Positions 51,403-61,959 of a stretch of 64,000 nucleotides of DNA are shown in pieces (position 1 is the first letter of the stretch; every line of letters starts with the position of its first letter). Below the pieces are notes generated by a model. It made no database searches. It saw nothing but the letters and a program-made list of their open reading frames with translations, and was not told the DNA's origin. This stretch comes from Squalus acanthias. Taxonomy: Eukaryota. Position numbers and translations under genes: made by a program. The stretch spans positions 154,196,001 to 154,260,000 of the forward strand of contig CM059431.1 in assembly GCA_030390025.1 (NCBI GenBank), in the 5' to 3' direction.

Positions 51403-54400
51403 TCACTTTCGGGTCGCAGCCCTTGCTGGGCTGAACCATTGAAGCTCTGGTGTCCACGCTAGTTTTGGCTGTGGTTTGCGAGGTGATCTTCTTAGGACTC
51501 CCGCTACCGAGGGTGCGTCCGAGTCCCACATAATTGGTGGGCTGGCCCCTCCTGTAATACTGCACACTGCCCCTAGTGGTGCGGTATGTGAGTCTGCCAC
51601 AGCTACTTGCTGAGGATCTCTACCTTTAGGGCGTATCGCCTTTGCTGGCTGTTCCCCTTTGGGCTTAAACAGCTTACACTGGTTAATGTGGAACCACTTT
51701 GTCCGGCGGGGCATCGTTATGGCGTAGACCATGGGGACTGACTTGTCGACAATGCTGTACAGCCCCATGTACAGTGGTTCGAAACTCCCTACCCGGGAAA
51801 AATTCCTAACCATGACCTGATCCCCTATCTCCCAATCGTGGTGCTTGCGGGGTTCTAGCAGCAGTCGGTTACTCCGATGCTGTTTTCCCATGTTGCTTGC
51901 AGCCTGCCAGTGAACCTGTTTAAGGTTTTCAAACAGATTCCTGACGAAGCTGTCCCGGTTCACCTCTATGAGCTGACCCTCCGTGAGCACCGGGGCTAGC
52001 ACATGGGTGGGGGTAAGCATAATCCTGCCTGTCATTAGCTGGTGTGGGGAATACCCCGTGCTTTTTGACTGGCTGGCTCGGATCCCCATTAGGACCAACG
52101 GTAAGACTTCTACGCTCTTCTTGGGTGAGTCTCCCGTTTCCTTCAGAAGCCTTTCCTTAATGGTATGGTGTAACCGCTCCACAGGACCCGATCAATGCGT
52201 GTTGTGGGCAGCGTGCCATTTCCCTTCGATGCCGAGTACCCTGAGGGTCTTCTGCATGACCTGCCCGGTAAAATGACTCCCCTGGTCGGTCTCCACATAC
52301 TGCGGTAGTCCCCATCGTAAGACAACTTCCCTGACCAGAATCCTAGCCGTACGCAATGCAGTAGCAGTACGGCATGGGAACGCTTCCACCCACTTAGAGA
52401 ACATATAGACCAGGACTAGTTAGTACTTAAACCTCCCTGGACGGTGGTTAGGGGCCTGATGTAAACGACCTGGATCGACTGCCATGGTCTCTCTACCCTC
52501 CTGATGTGTCCCATAGATACCTTCCTTTTCTGGGGGTCTGGGATGTTAGCAGCACACACCAAACAGCCGGCACAAAACACGTGGACTTCTTCCCTCAGTC
52601 CTGGCCACCATCCTGTCTGTTCCACCCGTTGCCAGGTGGTCTCAGGTCCTGGATGCAGCGCTCCTGGACCCTCATGGGCCAGTTGAAGGAATTCCCTTCT
52701 AAGCGTCACCACCCACTGCTCCCCCCTGAACAGCATGCCTTTCTGAACGGTGATGGCTGCTGTGCCGTACGGGCCCTTTATCTTTTTTCCCCTTTTTCAA
52801 GGGCGTTCAGGACGGCTTTGAGGACGGTATCCTGGGCTTGGGCCTGTTTTAAGTCCGGGGCCAAGGCTACCCCTTAGGTGCCTCCCTTTCTCTGGATTGC
52901 GACTACCGGACCCTGTTTGCTACGGATCGCAGAATACCCCTTCCCTGGCCCCCTGTTTGGCCAGCTCGTCTGCCTTACAGTTACTCTCCCACCTGGGCTC
53001 TGTCTTTGAATGGGCCTTGAGCTTATGGATATAGACCTTCCCTTCCTCCCCCACAGCCGCCATGATTTTCTCCAAGAGGGGCTTTATGGTGAGGGGTCTC
53101 CCATCAGCGGAGTTATTTCCGCGACGGGACCGGATGGCCAGGTACTCCGTACACGAATTGCATGTGAACATGCTGTCCGAGCAAATCGTGTATGGTGTAG
53201 GGAACTTCTCGGGGTGTGTAACCACGTACACTACCGCGGACAGTTCAGCCTGCTGGGCGCTCATGGTGCTGGGGAGTTTAATTGCCAGGGCAATGCCTGC
53301 CTCCTGGTCATAAACTCCACACCCGGTGAGTCGCTTGCCAGCAGATACTGTGCTCGAACCGTCCACATAGATTTCGCGGCCTATGGGGTGTACCCGGCCT
53401 GATAACCAATATTACTTCCCATACCACTTCAATGGAACACCGGTGGGCTGTCCCTGGGTAGATCATTTTGGCCGCGAGCTTCGGCTCGCAGAGACCTTTC
53501 ACCCTTAGGTCCATCTTGGAGAGAAACAGGTTCCAGCGAGCAATACGGGCACTGCTCACTGTCCCGTCTTTGATTCTCCCATCTAGGAGCATCTGGGTGG
53601 TCGTGTGATGGGTGAGCAGGGTGATGGGATATGTGCCTGTGAAGATCATTGATCTTTTCACAGCCCAGTGAGAGGTGAAGAGTTGCCTCTCACAGTTGGA
53701 ATAGCACTTCTCCACATCGGTGAGTATCCTGGAGGAGGAAACCACCGGTCTCAGCCGGTCGTGCCTCTTTTGGAGCAACACGGCACTCAGACAGTCCCCG
53801 CTCGCTGCCACCTACAGGAAAAACACCCTCTCCCCATCAATAGCCCATGGAGCCGGTGCGGTCTGCAGATCTTTCTTTAACTTGAGAAAGGCTGCCTCGC
53901 AACCCTCGTCCCAGGCCCACTCCACACCCTGTGCAGGAGTCGGAGCAGAGGGGCTGCGGTGGCTGCATAATCCTCAATAAAATCTCTGCCGTACACGGTC
54001 AGCCCTAAAAAGCATCTCACTCCTTTGACTGTGTTGGGGGCTGGTAACTTCTGCACTGCTTCCCTCCTAGCTTTGTCGATTGCCCTTTCCCCCGCGCGCA
54101 CAGTTAGCCCTAGGAATTTTATTTCCTGTTGACCGATCTGTAACTTTTTGGGGTTTAACTTGAAGCCTTCTTGCCGGAGCAGCTCCCGCAGTTCAGCCAG
54201 TAATGGACCGTGTTCCGCTCCCTCATCGGTGAACAGCAGTAGGTCATCCACATACTGTATCAACTGCCGGCGCCGGCTGAAGCCCTTCAAACAATTCGCC
54301 ATGCATTGGTGAAAAATGCTAGGGCTGTAGTGGAAGCCCTGAGGTAGGCATTTCCAGCTGTACTGTTGGACTTTAAAAGTGAAGGCGAACTTGCACTGGT

Positions 54401-55318
54401 CCTCTCTTCATAAACGTATGGACCAAAGCCCGCTGGAAATGTCCAGCACTGTGAAAGTGTTTGCAGATGCTGGGATACTTCCGATGAGGTCGGTGATGGC
54501 TGCTACCGTGAGTGCACAGGCGGGGATGTTACGGTTGAGTACCCGATAGTCCACTGTGGCCCTCCAGGAGTTGTCCGGTTTTCTAACCGGCCACAGTGGA
54601 GAGTTTACGTTGGTGGCTATCGGTCTCAATACCCACTGTGTTACTAAAGAAGCCATGGCCTTTTCCATGTCGGCTTCTGCCTCCCACGGGAAATTGTATT
54701 GCTTCTGTGGTTGGGTCATGGGGTCCCCGCTGACAATAACCTCGACCCCGTTTACCCTCCCAAAATCGTGCTTGTGAGTGGCAAATGCTGCGAGGTGTGC
54801 TCGCACAAATGCCTGGTATGCCATCGGAGTGTTACTGACCATTCGTTCGAGGTCGTAACCTTCCTTTGGTTTCAGGGTGCAAAGGTCCCCCTGACCTGTT
54901 TCCCTGGGATGACTGCAACTTCACTTTCTCTGCCTGTACATGCTCACCACAGACAGTGGTTCCTAAGATCCACTAGAATCCTGTGGCCTGTGATAAAGTT
55001 GGCCCCCAGGATCCCCGTCCCTTCCCGTTCGCAGTTCATCAGGACACAGGTCCACTTGGTGTGGAGTGCTCCTAAATGAATAGACAGCGGGATGGAGAAC
55101 GAGCCAGCCTGCCCGTTACCTGTAAACCCCACTTATCTGTACGGGACCCCATTAGACAGAGGTGAGGCGGCGGAGTTCGCTGAATAGACTATGGTGCTGA
55201 AAGTTCCAGTATCTGACAGATAAGTCACATTCACCTTCTCCACTTCCATCTTAACGAGTGGCCTCTTCCATGCGTCGTACTCCTAGAGACACAGGTTGAC
55301 AGGCTGCGCTGGTTGCAG
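51403..55318 (-). pseudogene. pol: pol: protease, RT, RNase H-like tether, RNase H, integrase (frameshifted)
   Basis: PR YLSDTGT…GILGANF. RT NSPLWPVRKPDNSWRATVDYRVLN, QYVDDLLL. Tether SRILTDVEKCYS.CE…WAVK. RNase H DGSS…SAQQAEL…SDS…KAH…NCKADELAK. IN AHEGPGALHPG…C..C, FSKWVEAFP, TDQGSHF, ERLH.TIK. Confidence 0.93.
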
Positions 55319-57131
55319 TCATAAGTCTGAGTTTGGGGTGGGGCAGATGGGGTTAAAGCACCAGTGCTGGTGGCAACTTTCCCCGGGCCGTTGACTGGAG
55401 CTCGGATTATGGCCACGACCGAGTCTAGCGTGGGGGAAGTGATCGGTGCTTCGCTGCTTGGGGCAGGAGCTGGGGAGTTCTTCCCTACGTTATCCTTCCA
55501 CGGATTCCTACACTCTTTTCTCCAATGCCCACTCTTCCCGCAACCGAAGCAGTTACACTTCGTGTCGGAAGTGTTACCCCCTTCCTGGTGCCACTCTTTC
55601 CTTTTACTAGGCCTTATTTCGTGGATCTTTCCCTCAGGTGGGTGCTCTTCTGTCCCTCTACTGTTCCGGTAGGCCAGGGCCAGTTGTCTGGCCACTGTCT
55701 CCTCGGTGACCCGGGGGTCGTTCGGGTCAAACCGCAGCTCAGATTGGCCCTGATCCGTGGCAAGCTGTTTGCCACTAGGCTTCGGAGCCAGTGGGCCAGC
55801 TCATCCTGATTTAGGTAAACCCGGTCGAGAACCCCATTACAGGCACTCCTGTACACAGGCCACAGTCGGTCTGCGAATGCCTGCGGGGTCTCCCCTACTA
55901 GCTGGGTTGTCTTCTCCACCCAGGAGAAGGGACTACCATCATTCATTCCCATGGCCTCCAGAACTTCCTCACTGATAGCAGCGAATCCACCCTGCCCACT
56001 TTTACTCTCTGCGGACAGTTAGATTTTGCTATCTAGGGAGAAAGGAGCATTTTTGCCATCACGGCATCATCGCAGTCGTTGATACACGCTGCCTGTTCCA
56101 CTTCCATGAAGTGGACTGAGGGGTCTCCTTTTTGGGTGAGCTTGCCCAGGTTTTTTATCATAGACTTAAGCTGTTGGGTGCCATGCGGAGCCACGAATTG
56201 GATTTCAAGAGGTCCTTTTCCCCCACCACGTCGGGCGGCCCAAACTTTTGCTGCCGGTCCGGGCACATCGGCCCCGGACCGACCTTTCCTGCATTGGTTC
56301 GCCTTCCCCTCCCTGCTGCCAAACCGAGTCAAAACCAGGCGCCACAGGTGGTGCTGTACACTCCCTGCCAGCCTCACAAATCGTCCGTCCCTCCTGCTGC
56401 CAAACCGGGTCGTTACCCGGCGTCACAGGTGGCGTCCCAACAGTTTTCCTTTGCATTTCCAGTTCCACCCGGTCCGCACCCGGGCTTAGTAGGCATACCA
56501 CGCCTTTCGCCCTGGAAAGAGCAAGGTTCAAACTCTCGATTTGTTTCTGGCAGGGGCCGTGATCTCCCGCCTCATACCCCCTAGTGTTTGCTATCTTGTA
56601 AGCGGCCTGGACGACTCTCAACCTCTCCTCCTGCTCTCTTACTTGTTTGGCCAGGCGGGCGTTCTCTTCCCGCAACACCAGTTCACTGGTTTTAGCTTCG
56701 CTGACCTGACACTGAAAATATTCCTGCCTGTTTCTGTGTGATTCCACTAGCTGCATTTTTTCCTGCTTTCGGATGGTTAACTCATTCAGTAATGTTTCCC
56801 CTGCTAGGGCCCTTGCTTGAGACAGCTGAGCAGACTCCTGCAGTTCTGCCTTAAGTGCCTCAACACGTTTGTCTAACAGCTGGATCTGTCGCTGGGAGCA
56901 GATCAACCAGAAGGCCTTTTCCACAGATTTCTTGTCGTCCTTGCTCTAAGTCCATTTAGCTGCAGCGTCTATTGGACGCTCAGAACGCAACAGACTGAGT
57001 ACCCATTTCGTGGTTATGTTCACTTTCTCGAACACATAAGAGGAAATTATCTCTTCCATCTTGGTTCTCTCCTCAAAAACAGTGTCCACTGCATCACATC
57101 CCTTTTGCCAAGGTCCTGCCACGGTCGCCAT
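55319..57131 (-). pseudogene. gag: gag: N-terminal coiled coil, capsid-like region, CCHC zinc knuckle (frameshifted)
   Basis: ORFs 56946..57344, 56205..56924 (heptad-rich), 55614..55952 (Q..GETPQAFADRL) and 55231..55695 (CFGCGKSGHWRKEC). Confidence 0.85.
57113..57130 (-). promoter_or_regulatory. Primer binding site, tRNA-Arg(TCG)-like
   Basis: TGGCGACCGTGGCAGGAC, 3 nt after the 5' LTR. It is 17/18 identical to the complement of the vertebrate tRNA-Arg-TCG 3' end (…GTCCTGCCGCGGTCG-CCA, from memory). Confidence 0.8.
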
Positions 57132-57133
57132 TA

Positions 57134-58621
57134 TGTAGGGGGTGGTGGTTTGTGTCAGCTTCACCTCTGACTTCTGAGCGGTTCGAATCGCTCCACTCCC
57201 TTTGTTTCTAGACCTTGGACTTATTTGGGGGTTGTGATAAAAAAAAGTGCAGCAGACAACAGCTTTTGATGCAAGAATTTGATCTTTATTCAAGAGAGTA
57301 AAACACAACAGAAACACTCTTAACACTCTAAAAGTGGAGAACACTTCAGTACAAGCGAGGGAAATAACTTAAAAGAGTGCGACACCTCTCCCAATCCCAC
57401 TTTTCTAGCTATGCTGGACTCCAGAGAAAAAGAGGTGATACTCACCAGAATCCTTGACAGTTAGGTTAGTTCGCGGTTTTGGGGTTCACTCTATATGTCG
57501 GTTGGTGTCTGCCGTATCCCGTACGTGGTAGAGGACATCAACTGCGTATCTGGTCAGTCTTCACGAGTCCACTGATGCGATAGGATGCGTATTGGATTTA
57601 TCAGGTGAGTACCCCCTTTTCTTGGTTTGGAAGTAGGGTTTAGAGTTTTTTAAGGGAAATTCTTACACAGGGGTAAGTTAGGAATAGATTGTAGAGTGGA
57701 AACTTTACGGTTATTCAGTTTTCTTCGAGTTGGTTTTCTTTGGGCGTGGTGTCCCACATGTTAATACTTGGTGTTTGGTTGGTTGTTTCGTGAGGGCCTT
57801 GTTGCCGTGAGGTGTCCGATGGTCACTGAGGCGGTCGTTCTGGTTTCTTCACGTGTCGGCCTACTTTTTTGGACGGCGTGGCCTTCGAGCTGTCGACCTC
57901 CTTGCTGGACACGGAACGCTGAACGGTGTTGGTTTTCGAACTGTATTGCAGAGAATGCCTCCGTCGATGTCTTCTTGTTCTTCCTTCCTCTTCTTCTTTT
58001 TCAGGTTGAGAACGGGCCTTCAATTATACCCTACGCAGGTTCACTTTCTGCGTGCCAAATCAGGTCTGGACCTTGGATGGTTTTGGCGGTGCTCGTTAAC
58101 GGTAAATGGTAAGTTAGGGTCTGAAGTGGTTCCAGGATGGCCCACATCCTGTCAATTTGCCACTTAATCGGAGTTTGATTGTTCTTATGTTTTGGGTTTT
58201 CTTGGCTGGGCCTTTGATTTCTATGGAGTAGGCCGAAGTAATCTGCTTTATGCTTGTCTTAATGAGCTCTGTAAATTGAGGTGGAGATTGGTTTTCCTCG
58301 GGATTATTGTTAGGATGCTAATGTCTGATAGTGGCCGATTTATACTCGCAGCGAGATCATGCAGTTCCCCAGAGAGTTCCCATTAGCTCCAATACCCACA
58401 CTTTTTTTTACAGAGTTTGAACCCACCTTCCTTCACAGCCTTTTCTCCCTTACAAGCCCAGACATGTTTTAAAAGTACCAAATCTTGCTTTTTGCTCAAA
58501 GGGTCCTCCAGTTAGGCCCAATGCCCTTCAACATTCTGTAATAGCTAGAAAGGAGTCCAAAGTCTATTCTTACGGTTTGTCTTCGAGTTTTGGGGGATCT
58601 GTGAATGTCGAGAATCTGACA
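57134..58621 (-). repeat. 5' LTR (1488 bp) with TATA (58338-58344), splice donor (57446|57445) and AATAAA (57285-57290)
   Basis: TG…CA termini; minus-strand TATAAAT, CTG|GTGAGT and AATAAA. The donor and AATAAA are also present in the 3' LTR. Confidence 0.93.
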
Positions 58622-61600
58622 GAGGCAGTCACGCCACTTCCGTTAGGTAGTGGCACAGGTCTGGTTAGTGTTCGGGTTCAGGAGGGTGTGGACTGCAACT
58701 CAGGCAGGTAAGGGGTGCCTTGCTGGAGGAGCCTTAGCCTTTGTCCTTGTCCAACAGGTATGAGGTTCTTGCTTCATGTGTGGATGAGGGAAAAGCCTGC
58801 AGGATGTATGAGCAAGCTGACCATGGCACCATGGAGCAGCAGGGCATTCAAGTGGGGTGCGTGAAAGTAAATGTAGTTGAGGTAGGGACAGAATAATCAT
58901 GGGGATAGATACTGTTCTCTGCAGCCACGACCGATTGTTCCAAAGGTTGTGTTGCCTGTCCGGTTCCATGGTCAAAGACACCTCCTCGCGGCTGGAGGAG
59001 AACTTGTAGTGGCGGCGGGTGGGGTGGGGGGGGGCGGGGGGCGGGGGGGAGGTGGATTCCAGTTGTCGTGGTCCACGTAGGACCAACGATATAGGTAGAA
59101 CTGGGAATGCGGTTCTGCTGAGGGAGTTCTAGGAGCTCGGATACAAATTAAAAAGCAAAACCACAAAGCTAATAACCTCTGGATTGCTACCTGAACCACG
59201 AGCAAATTGGCATAGTGTCAATAAGATCAGAGCATTGAATGGTTGGCTCAAAGTTTGGAATGGGAGAAATTTATTTCGATTCATGGTGCACTGCCACTAG
59301 TACTGGGGAAAGAGGGAATAGTTCCGTTGGGACGGGCTTCACTTCAACCATGTTGGGACAAGTGTCCTGGCGAATCTAATAATTATCACTACAGATAGGG
59401 CTTTAAACTAAAAAGTGAACGGGGGCGGGGGGTGGGGGTGTCAGGTGTGGGGTAATTTAGAAAGTTAACGAGAATGGACATGGCAATAGTGCAAGGTAGC
59501 GCTAGGGGTAATGATAACCAGAGTGTGACAGGAAGGGACAGAGCGTACAAACGTAAGTGGCTCGGAAGATGAAGATGCATAATCAGTTTGGGTGGAGATA
59601 AGAAATAGTAAGGGAAATAACTCACTGGTGGGAGTAGTCTATAGGTCACCTAACAGTAGCTACACGGTAGGACAGAGTATAAATCAAGAAATAATGGGGG
59701 CTTGTAAGAAAGGTACTGCAGTAATCATTGGCGATTTTAATCTCCATATAGATTAGACCAATCAAATTGGCAAGGGTAGCCTTGAGGATGAGATCATAGA
59801 GTGTATTCGGGACGGTTTCTTAGAACAATACGTCGTGGAACCAACCAGGGAACAGGCTATTTTAGATCTGGTAATGTGCAATGAGATAGGATTAATTAAT
59901 GATAAAGGATCCTCCAGGGAAGTGTTATCGTAGCATGTAGATTTTCACATTCAATTTGAGGCTGAGAAACTTTAGTCTGGAAATAGTGTCTCAAACTTAA
60001 ATAAAGGCAATTGCATCGGTATGAAGGCAGAGTTAGCTAAAGTGGACTGGGGAAATTGATTTAAAGGTAAAATGGCAGATAAGCAGTGGCAGACATTTAA
60101 GTAGATATTTCATAACTCTCGACAAAATATATTCCAGTGAGAAAGAAAGACTCTACGAGAAGGATGAACCATCGTGGCTAACTAAGTCAGTTAAGGATGG
60201 TATCAAATTGAATGAAAATGCATTTAATGCTACGAAGCTAAGTGGTATGCAAGAACATCTGGCATTTTTTAGAAACCAGCAAAGGATGACTAAAACAGAA
60301 TAAAAAGGTGGAAAATAGATTATGAGAGTAAAATAGCAAGAAATATGAAAACAAACAGTAAAGCTTCTCCAAGTATATATAAGGAAGAGAGTAGCTAAAA
60401 AAAAGTGTTGGTCCGTTAGAGGCTAAGACTGGGGAATTAATAATGGAAAACAAGGACATGGCAGAGACTTTGAACAAATATTTTGCATCTGTTTTCACGG
60501 CAGAATACACTAAAAGAATCCCATTAATAATAGATAATCAAGGGGCAAAGGTGAGGGAGGAACATAAAACAATCACTATCACTAGAATAAAAGTACTAGG
60601 CAAACTAATGGGACCAAAGGCTAACAAATCCCTTGGGCCTGCTGGTCTGCATTCCAGGCTCTTAAAGAAGTGGCTGCAGAGATAGTGAATGCCTTGGTTG
60701 TAACCTTCCAAGGTTCCCTAGATTCTGGAAAGGTTCCAGCGCAATGGAAAACCGCTAATGTAACGCCCCTTTTCAAGAAAGGAGCGAGACAGAAATCAGG
60801 AAACTATAGGCCAGTTAGTGTAACATCTGTCATTGGGAAAATGCTGGATTCCATTATTAAGGGAGTAGCAGCACGACTGTTAGAAAATCATAGTACAATC
60901 AAGCAGAGTGAACATGGTTTTATGAAAGGGAAATCGTGTTTGAAAAATTTATTTGAGTTGTTTGAGGATGTAACGATCAGGCTGGATCAAGGGGAACCAG
61001 TAGATGCAGCGTATTTGGATTTCCAAAAAGCATTCGCTAAGGTACCAAATAAAAGGTTACAGCACAAGATAAGAGCTCACGGTGTTGGGGGTAATATATT
61101 ATCATGGATAGAGGATAGGGTAACTAAAAGAAAACAGAGAGTGGGGATAAATGGGTCATTTTCAGTTTGGCAAACTGTAACTAGTGGGGTGCCAAAGGGA
61201 TCCGTGTTGGGGCCTCAACTATTTACAATTTATTTCAATGACTTGGATGAAGGGACCAAGTGTACTGTAGACAGGTTTGCTGACGATACAAAGATAGGTG
61301 AGAAAACAAGTTGTGTGGAGGGCATCAAGTGTCTGCAAAGGGATATAGATAGGTTAAATGAGTAGGCAAAAAAATTGGCAGATGGAGTATAATTTGGGAA
61401 AATGTGAGGTTATACACTTTGGTAGTAAGAAAGTAAAAGCAAAATATTATTTAAATGGAGAGAGACTGCAGAATGCTGCGGTACAAAGGGATCTGGTTGT
61501 ACTCGGACAAGAAACACAAGCAACTTAGCGTGCAGGTATAGCAATTAATTAGGAAGGCAAATGGAATGTTGGCATTTATTGCAAGGGACATGGAGAATAA

Positions 61601-61770
61601 TAGCAGGGAAATCTTGGTAGAACTTTACAGGGCTTTGGTGAGACCACACCTGTAGTACTGCGTACAGTTTTGGTCTCCTTATTTAAAGAGGGATCTTCTT
61701 GAATGGCGGAGCATGCTCGAGGGTCCAAATGACCTACGCCTGCTCCTATTTCTTATGTTCTTATGTTCTT
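58622..61770 (+). mobile_element. CR1 LINE remainder (ORF1 esterase, ORF2 APE/RT, tail)
   Basis: ORF 60670..61365 (YLDFQKAF, GVPKGSVLGPQLFTIYFNDL, FADDTK); tail ttcttatgttcttatgttctt. Confidence 0.92.
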
Positions 61771-61959
61771 ATCTGCTGCTGGAATATTTAGAATTGCTTC
61801 GATGTACTTATTTGGTGAATGGCGATTTAGGTATGTAGCAGGATAGAAAAGGAAAGAGAAAAGGTCATCAGGCATGGCGCAGATGGAAAGGAAAGCAGGA
61901 CGAGAATCAGATATAGACCAAGAGGGCGGATGGAAATGAGATAGATCGGGCACGGAGCG

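Larger units (their letters stand above)
42381..58621 (-). mobile_element. Endogenous retrovirus-like provirus (lokiretrovirus-like): LTR-PBS-gag-pol-env-LTR, decayed
   Basis: Paired ~1.49 kb TG…CA LTRs, PBS, gag CCHC, PR/RT/tether/RNase H/IN and a furin-cleaved env. GAG is duplicated at the flanks (42378-42380 / 58622-58624) and the host CR1 ORF1 is split. Confidence 0.93.

Noticed and set aside
49000..56741. Plus-strand ORFs antisense to gag/pol/env
   Set aside because: Shadow frames of GC-rich coding sequence with no motifs.
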